DNA from: Candidatus Harpocratesius repetitus
GTDB taxonomy: Archaea; Asgardarchaeota; Lokiarchaeia; Sigyniarchaeales; Promethearchaeaceae
NCBI GenBank assembly: GCA_021498095.1
Contig: JAIZWK010000001.1
Span: 2,670,001-2,702,000 of the forward strand
Length of the DNA: 32,000 nt
Reading direction: 5' to 3'
Made by a program: the position numbers and the translations under genes. Numbering within the stretch: position 1 is the stretch's first letter; each line of letters begins with the position of its first letter. Below the pieces are notes generated by a model that was given only the letters and a program-made list of their open reading frames with translations, ran no database searches and was not told the origin of the DNA. Positions 1-8,438 of this stretch are shown in pieces.

Positions 1-1
1 T

Positions 2-1969
2 TTTTTTAGGTGCTAAATTGGAAAGAACAACAATTTGGGTGCCAATTAATTCTTCAGCTTTATAGGTTTTTCCAATACCTGCAACTATTGTTCGAAGGGA
101 TTCTTCACCTAAATCGACTTGAAGTTTTATTAAATGAGATGTATCAGGAACTTTTTCAGCATCAACAATCGTGCCTGTTCGAAGATCTAATTTGGAAAAA
201 TCTTTATAATCAATTACAGGTTTTGCTGAAGATGATGCCTTATTTTCCGAAGAGGATTGAACTCCATGAATTGTATCTAATTTAGTTTGTAGTTCTTTAA
301 TATCCAATTTTTGAAATAATGGTTTTGCTGGTGGAATTTTCCTACCTGCTTCAACTTTTAATTCTGAGGCTGAATCCCAAGAAATTGATTTAATTGATTC
401 CTTACTTCCCAAAGCTTGAAGGATTTTTTCTCCAATATTAGGAATAAATGGAGAAAGAAGAATTGATAGAGTTCGAACCATTTGTGCAGCTAAATAAAAG
501 GTGTGTCCTGCTTTTGTTTTATCTGTCTTGATTATTTTCCAAGGTGCTTTATTGTTAATATAGACATTTCCTACGCGCGCAATCTTAATTATTTCGTTCA
601 GTGCTTCCTTCAAGTGAAAATGTTCTAAAAGATCTCCAACCTTACTTGGTGCAGATTTGATAGTATCAATTAAAATCTGATCTTCTTCATCAATATCTTC
701 TGAATTGGGGCCATCTGGGATTTGTGAATCATATCGTTTGGTAATAAAGGATAAAGTGCGGTGTATGAAGTTTCCTATAATATCGTTAAGTTCAAGAACA
801 TCATTTCCAAATTGACTCCATAAAAAGTTAGAATCTTGTTTTTCAGGACGATTTCTGAGTAGAGAATAACGCCAATATTCGACTGGGGCAATTTCTAGCG
901 CTTCATTTATCCAAATTCCAACCTTACGTGATTTTGAAAACTTCTGATTTTCATAATTCAAAAATTCAGTGGAAGAGACATTAAATGGCATTGTAAACTG
1001 CTCTTCTGGAGGTAAATCTTTGTTATATGCTACTAACAAACCTGGAAAGATAATTAAATGGAAAATGATATTGTCTTTTCCAATAAAATAAACAGAACGA
1101 GTGTCTGGATCATGCCAAAATTTATCGAACAAGGTGGAATCTTTTTTAATTTCTTCCGCCCATTCTTTTACTGCTGATATATAACCAAGTACTGCCTCAA
1201 ACCAAACATAGATGCTTTTATCTTTAGCATCTTTAAAGGGTGCAGGAATTCCCCATTCTAAATCGCGTGTAATTGCTCGGCTTGGTAACCCTTCTTTTAG
1301 AAAGTTTAAAGACATTGTACGCGCATTAGCAGGAATATATTTGTTATTTTCAACAAAATTACGGATTCCATCTTCACATTTATTAAAATCTAAATACCAA
1401 TGAGTAGTTTCACGTTTTATTGGTGTCTTATGGCAATGTTTGCATTTGGGATCAATTAAATCTTCAGGTTCCAGAAGTTTTCCACAAGCATCGCATTGAT
1501 CACCTCGAGCATATTCAGAACCACAGTGTGGGCATATTCCAACGACGAATCTATCAGGCAAATAAAGTTTATCATGTTCGCAATAAAATACCTCTTGCGT
1601 CTTTGTCGAGACGAATCCATTCTTTTCTACTTGTCGATAAAAATCTTGAGTAAACTTAATATGGATAGGGTTATGTGTCTGAGTGTAATTATCATATGAA
1701 ATTTGCCATTTTTCAAAAAGATCTTTGATGATTTGGTGATTTTTTTGTGCAAGTTTTTCTGGCGTAGTGTTTTGTTCAATTGCAGAAACAGCTACTGGTG
1801 TTCCATGCACATCAGAACCAGACACAAAAACCACATCATCTCCTTTTAAGCGACAATAACGGGCAAAAACATCACTGGAAAGAACCGAACCAATCAAATT
1901 GCCAAGATGAGGGATTGCATTTACGTAAGGCCAGGCTGATGTGATCACCCATTTGCGTTTTTTACTCAT
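2..1969 (-). CDS. metG: Methionine--tRNA ligase with C-terminal tRNA-binding (Trbp111/EMAP-like) domain; 3' end truncated by the window edge
   Basis: Manual translation from the ATG at 1969: MSKKRKWVITSAWPYVNAIPHLGNLIGS (HIGH-like HLGN), zinc knuckles CEHD...CPHC...CDAC...CKQC, KMSKS-like KFSKS, and C-terminal IDYKDFSKLDLRTGTIVDAEKVPDTSHLIKLQVDLG...RTIVAGI. Frame checked at the start and near the 3' end (codon 301-299 is in phase). Absent from the ORF track because its stop codon lies outside the window. Confidence 0.97.
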   Translation of the reverse strand, partial: MSKKRKWVITSAWPYVNAIPHLGNLIGSVLSSDVFARYCRLKGDDVVFVSGSDVHGTPVAVSAIEQNTTPEKLAQKNHQIIKDLFEKWQISYDNYTQTHNPIHIKFTQDFYRQVEKNGFVSTKTQEVFYCEHDKLYLPDRFVVGICPHCGSEYARGDQCDACGKLLEPEDLIDPKCKHCHKTPIKRETTHWYLDFNKCEDGIRNFVENNKYIPANARTMSLNFLKEGLPSRAITRDLEWGIPAPFKDAKDKSIYVWFEAVLGYISAVKEWAEEIKKDSTLFDKFWHDPDTRSVYFIGKDNIIFHLIIFPGLLVAYNKDLPPEEQFTMPFNVSSTEFLNYENQKFSKSRKVGIWINEALEIAPVEYWRYSLLRNRPEKQDSNFLWSQFGNDVLELNDIIGNFIHRTLSFITKRYDSQIPDGPNSEDIDEEDQILIDTIKSAPSKVGDLLEHFHLKEALNEIIKIARVGNVYINNKAPWKIIKTDKTKAGHTFYLAAQMVRTLSILLSPFIPNIGEKILQALGSKESIKSISWDSASELKVEAGRKIPPAKPLFQKLDIKELQTKLDTIHGVQSSSENKASSSAKPVIDYKDFSKLDLRTGTIVDAEKVPDTSHLIKLQVDLGEESLRTIVAGIGKTYKAEELIGTQIVVLSNLAPKK

Positions 1970-2011
1970 ATCACTAAATATTGAAGCGCTATTTTCAAAT
2001 CTTTGGGTATT

Positions 2012-3028
2012 TTATTTTTGCTTTAATTCATCAGCTTCCAATGTTTTTAGCCAATCTAAAGTTCGTTTTAAGCCTTCTTGATAACTAATTTCTGGAGTCC
2101 AACCAAGCACTCTTTCTGTTTTCTCAATAGAAAAATTCAATCGAGATCCCAGATTTTTTACTGTATAGGTTGTCAATAAAGGTCGAGTCTCCTTTTTCGT
2201 TAATTTCCACCACCATTCCATAAATTGCGCAATTCCCATAGCTAGAAAATAGGGTATATGAGTTTTTGGAGGTTTAACTCCTAAACCTTCGGCTAAATCG
2301 GCGCATAACTGTTGAAAAGTTACCATTTCTCCATCATGGCATAAGAAACCTTCTCCTACGGCTTTTGGATTGGAACTTAAAATCATTAGTAGATCTATGA
2401 GATTATCGATATAAGCAGGCCATGTATGTGCATTTTTTCGCCAAAACATCATCTCCTTCTTGATAATTGCATCTGCGGTTAATGGAATAAAAGTCTGATC
2501 TCCTTTTCCATAAACCCAGCAAGCATAAACCATAGTTACAGGTAATTGATATTCATGATAATATTTCCAAGCTATTTTTTCGGATTCAATCTTAGTATCT
2601 GGATAGAGTTCACCCCATGGTGTTAACGGAAAAGTCTCGTCAATAAGAACATCTTCAATTGGACCAAAGACATCGTTAGTACTGAGATATACCAGTCTTT
2701 GAATTCCTGCTTTAACTGCAGCTTTACATAAATTTTCCATCCCTTGAATGTTCACGGCTTCAAATAATTCACGTGGTGCCCAATCTGTTACAACTCCTGC
2801 ACAGTGAAATATAATATCTACTCCGTTACAAGCACGTTCTAGCGATTCATAATCTGTCATATCTCCAATTATTATTTCAACACCCATAGATTCAAGTTCT
2901 TTACGTTTAAGACTGGAGCTTCGAACCAAAGCACGGACATGAGATTTATTTTGTAGATTCTTTTGAATTAAATGTGAACCGATAAATCCTGTAGCTCCGG
3001 TGATTAAAATTAGTTGGGGTTCACTCAT
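2012..3028 (-). CDS. NAD-dependent epimerase/dehydratase (extended SDR, 3-beta-HSD/OleD-like)
   Basis: TGATGFIG Rossmann motif, HCAG, YLST, and catalytic YxxxK (YPDTK). Substrate cannot be determined from sequence. Confidence 0.88.
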   Translation of the reverse strand: MSEPQLILITGATGFIGSHLIQKNLQNKSHVRALVRSSSLKRKELESMGVEIIIGDMTDYESLERACNGVDIIFHCAGVVTDWAPRELFEAVNIQGMENLCKAAVKAGIQRLVYLSTNDVFGPIEDVLIDETFPLTPWGELYPDTKIESEKIAWKYYHEYQLPVTMVYACWVYGKGDQTFIPLTADAIIKKEMMFWRKNAHTWPAYIDNLIDLLMILSSNPKAVGEGFLCHDGEMVTFQQLCADLAEGLGVKPPKTHIPYFLAMGIAQFMEWWWKLTKKETRPLLTTYTVKNLGSRLNFSIEKTERVLGWTPEISYQEGLKRTLDWLKTLEADELKQK

Positions 3029-3188
3029 GGTTGAAGTTGAGAAAAATTCTTTAAAAAATTTCTGATTTGAACAATTTTTTATGAATTCTTACTTAAAATT
3101 TACTTAAAATTGGATAGGAACGGTGTAAAAAGTAAAAATCTTTTGATTATAGTAACAAATTTATAAATACTTTTGTAACGATTAAAAA

Positions 3189-4382
3189 TTATATTATTTT
3201 TCTACCACAATTTTCGCATGTTTTCGATTTTTTATACATTTTCTCCAAACATTTTATATGATAATGAGCATTACAGTGTGAACATCTAAATATAGAACTC
3301 TTTTTTTCTTCTTTATTAAATAAAGGTTTATTACAATAAGCACAATCAAGAGATTCAATTTGAGGAGAAATTTCTTTAACTTTTATCATTTTTACAACAA
3401 ATTTTGCTTTGTCTTCTGCAGAGACCAAAAATTTTCGACTACGAATACCCTTTAAAATATACATAGGAACTTTTAATAAAGTATAACAATAGGGACATCG
3501 GAATAGATTTGCTCCTTCGTCTGTTTTATCCGTCCAAGTTCCTGCACATGATAAATGCATTGGAATTCCGCAATGTGGACAGAATCTTCCAGAAACTTTG
3601 AGTGATTTATGAGTAATGGGAGATTTCTTTGAAAAACAAATTTGACAACGGAGCATACTTAATGGATCTTTCATCTGTATTATTTCGTCGTTTGTTGGTT
3701 TCCGTAGATCTTGAGCTATTTCCATCAATGAATCACTAGTATTAGAACTTGATTGGGGTATTAGATGCGCTTCTTTTAACTTGTCTTTTTGTTTTGCATA
3801 AGAAATTATTTTTTCATAGTAGTCTTTCTTAGATGTGAAAATATTTATTTCTCCATTAAGTTTTTCCATAAACTGGGAGAAATTGATTGTTCTTGATGCG
3901 TTTTCCTTTTTTTTTGAAGTAAAAATGAATAAGTCAACATATATATTCAACCCTTCAATAATTTTAACCAGTTTTTCCATTTCAACGGACATTGGAATTT
4001 GTCTTAATCCAGTTATTATTATTATTCTACTTTTTTGTCCACCTATTAATTGAATTTGTGATCGAATAAAATTAACGGCATGTTCTAATGCAAAATAAAG
4101 TTCTTCGCCATTTCCTTCTGGTTTGTGGGTTTTTAAGAATTTTTGTGACATTAATTGTTTTAAAATTGATTGTGAATCGCGGCTTAATTGGGCTAAAATT
4201 TGAGTTTTATTACTGAATAAATATATACTTAAAAATTCCTTTGGAAAGAACTTAAACTTCATTTGAATGAATTTTTGAACACCTTTCAAAGCAACTTGAA
4301 ATCTTGATGGTCGGAAATCATTATCTTTCATATTTTCAGTACAATCGACCAAGAGAATCCAATTTGTAATCATTTCATTCAT
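3189..4382 (-). CDS. vWA domain (Rpn10/Ssl1-like, degenerate MIDAS) fused to two C4HC3 RING/PHD-like zinc fingers
   Basis: N-terminus ILLVDCTENMKDNDFRPSRFQ...KPEGNGELYFALEHA...RIIIITG...VDLFIF. Two C-x2-C-x16/18-C-x2-C-x4-H-x2-C-x10/16-C-x2-C motifs (CQIC..CPHC..H..C..CPYC and CAYC..CSHC..H..C..CENC). Confidence 0.8.
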   Translation of the reverse strand: MNEMITNWILLVDCTENMKDNDFRPSRFQVALKGVQKFIQMKFKFFPKEFLSIYLFSNKTQILAQLSRDSQSILKQLMSQKFLKTHKPEGNGEELYFALEHAVNFIRSQIQLIGGQKSRIIIITGLRQIPMSVEMEKLVKIIEGLNIYVDLFIFTSKKKENASRTINFSQFMEKLNGEINIFTSKKDYYEKIISYAKQKDKLKEAHLIPQSSSNTSDSLMEIAQDLRKPTNDEIIQMKDPLSMLRCQICFSKKSPITHKSLKVSGRFCPHCGIPMHLSCAGTWTDKTDEGANLFRCPYCYTLLKVPMYILKGIRSRKFLVSAEDKAKFVVKMIKVKEISPQIESLDCAYCNKPLFNKEEKKSSIFRCSHCNAHYHIKCLEKMYKKSKTCENCGRKII

Positions 4383-4535
4383 GAATCAGTTCCGACCTAT
4401 TATTACAAACATTGATAGATGTTAAAAATATTGAAAATACCCACGTAAAAGTTTGCTGGTAAAAGCATCTTTTTTATGAATAATTCTGAGAAATTAATCA
4501 TTAAAATTAAATACTTTTTTGAGTATTAAATTGTT

Positions 4536-6617
4536 ATGCGGATGCATACTAATTGTAAGATAAAAATTGTTATTTGTTTGTTAATTTTAACTGGAATTAT
4601 AGGAAATTTTCATCACCAGATGATTATTAGTGATTCTAGTGCATTTATTAATGAAAATTCATCTGTAAATAAAATAAGTTTCAATAAAGTTTCCAATTTT
4701 GATATTTTGAAGGAAGAAATGGTTAATTATGTTGCTGATAATAATAACTTTGATCAATTATCCAATTATTCTATATGGCTTAGAGTTCATGAATCTACCT
4801 CGCAAGTAGAAGGGATTATGAACGTTTCGTATTATAATGCCGATCCTGTATCATTTTCTGCAATTCCATTCCATCTTTTTGTTTTAGGGATGGCATACAA
4901 TTTAAGACCAGGAAATATTGAAATTATTTCTGTTAGAAATTACTCCATAAATCAAGAATTAATGAATTATACAGTAAATTCAGAGAAGCAGATACTTTGG
5001 GTAAATTTAATCAATCCGCTTGAATCAGGCTCAAGGCAATCATTTTCAATACATTTTATCACAACTTTACCAGATGGAGGTATCGATCGCAGTAGTGATT
5101 CCGGTTCTGATTTAGACCAATCTCGAATCTTTAAATTTGCAGTGGCTTATCCAATGCCTTGTGTTTGGGATGAAAAGGACGGTTGGAATCTGGATCCATA
5201 TTTAGATATTGGAGATCCTATGTATACTGATATGGGATGCTACAATTTAGCAGTTCAAGTTCCTACTGGTTTCGTTGTCGCTGCCACAGGAGCATTAACT
5301 TCAGAAATTAATAATGGAAGTGAAAAAGTATTTTATTATGACCCAATGCTTCCAGTACGTGAAATTACATTTTCTGCTTCCCGTTATTTTCAGACAGAAA
5401 GTGAAATTTATAATGGAATTAATATTACGACTTATTTTCTTCCAAAAGATGCTTATTTATGGGAAGATAATGCGATAGATACAGCAGTTGGTGCAATTCG
5501 TTTGTATTCTACAAGTGTTGGAACTTACCTCTATCCAACTTTTAATGTAGTGGAAGAATATACTCACTACGGAGGTATGGAACATCCACTGCAAGTATAT
5601 ATAACAGAATCTGCTAATCTGTATTATAAACCAGTTCGTATCTTGAAATTGATAATCGCGCATGAGACTGCTCACCAGTGGTTTTACCATTTAGTAGGTA
5701 ATGATCAAGTTGATGCTGGTTATTTAGATGAACAATGGGCTTGTTGGTTGGAAGATTTCTATATGAACAGTATATATCCTGATGAAGATTACCTCCATTT
5801 TACGAATGAAGTTAATACAACACGAAAATATAATTATATTAATGATTATGATACTTCCGGTAGAATAAACCAATCAATTTATTCATCAGGAGATACATAT
5901 TGGGATTTAGCGTACAGCAAAGCTCCGATAATATTGGAGAAATTACGCCAATATTTAGGGAACACTACTTTTTTCCTTGGTGTTCAAAAGTATTTTCAAG
6001 ATAATTGCTTTAAATTTGCTTGGTTAAGCGACATGAAGTTAGCTTTTGAATCAGCTGCTGGAAAAGATTTGAGTTGGTTCTTTAATCAATGGTATAATAA
6101 TGATTTTCTTCCGAATTATCAATTATCAAATGTAATTTATGACAAAGAAACTAATCTTCTCAATTTTACCGTATCTGATTCAAATCAAGAACGAAATCCG
6201 TATGTATATGCTCAAAATATATCATTAGGATTTTTTGTTTCAACTGGTGAAATAATCTCTTCAATACCTATTTTTGTAAATGGTACATCAAATTTCTCAA
6301 TATCATATCAAGGAAGTATTGAAAAATTAGGTTTTGATTACGGTGAACTTGGATTGGCAGAGCAATCTGATGGATCCCAGTTTAAAGTTTTCTATTCTCT
6401 CACAATTCAAACTATTGAACCAGATAATTCAGATACAACTTCTTCTTCAGATGATGATTCTTCGACAGATGATGATTCTTCGACAGATGATGATTCTTCG
6501 ACAGATGACGATTCTTCATCAAATAAATCGAAAATTTCAGGTTATTCTTCTACATTTTTATCTGTTTCAATAGTTTTAGGGCTAATATTTCTTAGAAAAC
6601 GCTTAAAACCTCAATAA
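4536..6617 (+). CDS. Secreted, membrane-anchored M1 family (gluzincin) aminopeptidase
   Basis: N-terminal hydrophobic signal; GGMEH (GxMEN-like) motif; HETAH followed 18 residues later by E (LDE); YSK catalytic-Tyr motif; many N-x-S/T sequons; Ser/Asp-rich linker; C-terminal ISGY-TM-RKR tail. Confidence 0.92.
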   Translation: MRMHTNCKIKIVICLLILTGIIGNFHHQMIISDSSAFINENSSVNKISFNKVSNFDILKEEMVNYVADNNNFDQLSNYSIWLRVHESTSQVEGIMNVSYYNADPVSFSAIPFHLFVLGMAYNLRPGNIEIISVRNYSINQELMNYTVNSEKQILWVNLINPLESGSRQSFSIHFITTLPDGGIDRSSDSGSDLDQSRIFKFAVAYPMPCVWDEKDGWNLDPYLDIGDPMYTDMGCYNLAVQVPTGFVVAATGALTSEINNGSEKVFYYDPMLPVREITFSASRYFQTESEIYNGINITTYFLPKDAYLWEDNAIDTAVGAIRLYSTSVGTYLYPTFNVVEEYTHYGGMEHPLQVYITESANLYYKPVRILKLIIAHETAHQWFYHLVGNDQVDAGYLDEQWACWLEDFYMNSIYPDEDYLHFTNEVNTTRKYNYINDYDTSGRINQSIYSSGDTYWDLAYSKAPIILEKLRQYLGNTTFFLGVQKYFQDNCFKFAWLSDMKLAFESAAGKDLSWFFNQWYNNDFLPNYQLSNVIYDKETNLLNFTVSDSNQERNPYVYAQNISLGFFVSTGEIISSIPIFVNGTSNFSISYQGSIEKLGFDYGELGLAEQSDGSQFKVFYSLTIQTIEPDNSDTTSSSDDDSSTDDDSSTDDDSSTDDDSSSNKSKISGYSSTFLSVSIVLGLIFLRKRLKPQ
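6450..6521 (+). repeat. In-frame 18-bp tandem repeat encoding DDDSST (3 perfect copies plus 1 degenerate)
   Basis: gatgatgattcttcgaca at 6450-6467, 6468-6485 and 6486-6503; gatgacgattcttcatca at 6504-6521. Confidence 0.97.
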
Positions 6618-6620
6618 AAC

Positions 6621-6628
6621 TTTTTTTT
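6621..6628 (+). terminator. Oligo-T tract after the M1 peptidase stop codon; probable archaeal intrinsic terminator
   Basis: T8 run starting 4 nt after the TAA at 6615-6617. Oligo-T tracts are the established archaeal terminator signal. Confidence 0.55.
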
Positions 6629-6633
6629 CTATT

Positions 6634-6658
6634 CAGTCTTTAAGGTTATGTTCTAAAC
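6634..6658 (+). repeat. Terminal inverted repeat (left) of the IS
   Basis: cagtctttaaggttatgttctaaac; pairs with 8073-8097 with 3 mismatches. Confidence 0.92.
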
Positions 6659-8002
6659 TTCAAAGAACAACCTCCTTTTTTCTTTTTGTAAAGACCACAC
6701 ATTTTCTTTAGTATTTTCAAGCATCTCCCTCTCGATCACCTCAGTTAAGCTTGATTGATAAACATTTAAACTCGTTTCCCATAATTTAGTGTGACATTTG
6801 ATTTGTTGTTTGCGGTAAAATTGCCAACAGTTAAAAATATATGCTCTCAGATATATCTGAGCTAATTGTGGGAAGGGATAGTGATTTCGGAATGATTCAT
6901 GGATAGAATTAAGCATGCGAAATCCAGTTTCTTCGAACCATCTTTTTTTATAAGTTCTGGAGAGCCAGCGGCTCCATCGAGCTAAATTCTTTCGAGGATG
7001 AAGAGTGGTAAAAACCTTCAATTTCTTCAACCGCTTCATCAAGCGCAAGTTTTTTCTGCGGAATTGCTCACGAACCTGCAAAGCTGATTTACTTCGATGT
7101 GCAGTTAATACTAAATTCACATAAACGGAGCTCGGCCAAGGTTTGGTCTTTGGACTCTGTGCGAACAGATATTTTTCACATAATCCCTTTTTACCATACA
7201 AAAATTCCTTGAAAAGCCTCTTAACTTTATGGAATTTTTTAGCAGGAATTAAAACGGGAAGTTTTTGATCTTTTAATTCTTTGATAAGCGAAGCGCGGTA
7301 GAATTCGCGGTCCATTAGCGCATAACTGAAGTTAAATCCTTGAAATTTGAGCCATTTTGCGGAAAGTCCAATATGTTTTGCACGGTATTGTTTGTGGCGA
7401 AGGAGTCGGAATTCTGAAAACAGAGTCATACCACATCCTTGAATTGCTATGCCTTGAAACAAACGGGCTTTACGAGTTCCCGGTTGTTTATGAGTTCCAA
7501 CTTCAAAAGGCGGTCTAGGTTTTCCATAGTACGGATACTCTGTGTTGTCGACCAGCAACCGCATTTTTGACCCATCAATCGAATGACTTCGAATCTTTTG
7601 ATTCACATGGTTTAAAAGGTTTCCGAAGATAAAGTGAATATCTTTCTCAGATAATAGCCTAAAGAATTTATCAACATCAGTCTGATGAGGGACTAACCGT
7701 CTCTTACGAACTCCATCGCGAAAGTCCTTCAATTTAAGATTAAATTTCTTTCGGTAGTGCTTAGAAAGTTTTTTGTTAAGATAATTTGAAGCATATTCGA
7801 TGGATCTCTTGCTGGCTAAAGCGTATAGTTTGACTAAAATGAAATCACAATAGGTATACAGTCTTGGACGAAATTTCTGAGCGATTTCCGATCGACCCAC
7901 CAACTTGTTAACATAAGATTTAAATTCTCCACGGAGAAATAAATTTATAGGGAAAGGTGGGAGGGACGATTGGGGAATCGTCGTTTCTGTAAAAGAACTC
8001 AT
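6653..8002 (-). CDS. DDE transposase, ISH3/IS4-like
   Basis: Catalytic triad context LVDNTEYPYYG, LMDREFY and YKKRWFEETGFR (YxxRWxxE). Highly basic protein; stop codon TAG lies inside the left TIR. Confidence 0.92.
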   Translation of the reverse strand: MSSFTETTIPQSSLPPFPINLFLRGEFKSYVNKLVGRSEIAQKFRPRLYTYCDFILVKLYALASKRSIEYASNYLNKKLSKHYRKKFNLKLKDFRDGVRKRRLVPHQTDVDKFFRLLSEKDIHFIFGNLLNHVNQKIRSHSIDGSKMRLLVDNTEYPYYGKPRPPFEVGTHKQPGTRKARLFQGIAIQGCGMTLFSEFRLLRHKQYRAKHIGLSAKWLKFQGFNFSYALMDREFYRASLIKELKDQKLPVLIPAKKFHKVKRLFKEFLYGKKGLCEKYLFAQSPKTKPWPSSVYVNLVLTAHRSKSALQVREQFRRKNLRLMKRLKKLKVFTTLHPRKNLARWSRWLSRTYKKRWFEETGFRMLNSIHESFRNHYPFPQLAQIYLRAYIFNCWQFYRKQQIKCHTKLWETSLNVYQSSLTEVIEREMLENTKENVWSLQKEKRRLFFEV

Positions 8003-8072
8003 AATCTATCAAATAAATTTTCTCCTTTCCCTTCAAAACTGTTTCGGTCTTCGCTTATTGTCGTATTGATTC

Positions 8073-8097
8073 GTTTAGATTATAACCTTGAAGACTG
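8073..8097 (-). repeat. Terminal inverted repeat (right) of the IS
   Basis: gtttagattataaccttgaagactg, followed directly by the duplicated target TCTATT. Confidence 0.92.
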
Positions 8098-8438
8098 TCT
8101 ATTTTTATTTTTAATATCATTAATCATTATTTATCTGAAATAATCTCGGCAATTGCACTTAATAATTCCAATTTTGAAAAGGGTCTAGAATAAGCAGATC
8201 TAAGAAGCGTCTCTCCGGATAAATGAAAATTTTACTAAATATTGTATCCAAAAACCAAATAATCACTCCTAATGAAAGGATTCCGATGTGATTTTTCGTA
8301 ATATGCATACACACTCCCATTACCTAATAGGTTTGATCTATATATGAGTTTCGAAGAGAATAGAACTTAAAAAATACGTTTCAAAAAAGGGAGATTTTCA
8401 TCCCATATCGCTTTTTATAGTCATACTCTTTAATATTA

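Larger units (their letters stand above)
6634..8097 (-). mobile_element. Complete insertion sequence, ISH3-like (DDE), 1464 bp, with 25-bp imperfect TIRs and a 6-bp target-site duplication
   Basis: Left end cagtctttaaggttatgttctaaac (6634-6658) versus the reverse complement of the right end cagtcttcaaggttataatctaaac (8073-8097): 22/25 identical. Flanked by TCTATT at 6628-6633 and 8098-8103. Contains a single transposase ORF. Confidence 0.93.

Noticed and set aside
10-1699. Plus-strand ORFs 10-285, 1212-1403, 1420-1653 and 1496-1699
   Set aside because: Antisense shadows of metG, with no motifs.
3090-3111. 11-bp direct duplication tacttaaaatt x2 in the intergenic region
   Set aside because: Short, nearly all A/T, two copies only; expected from slippage in AT-rich DNA.
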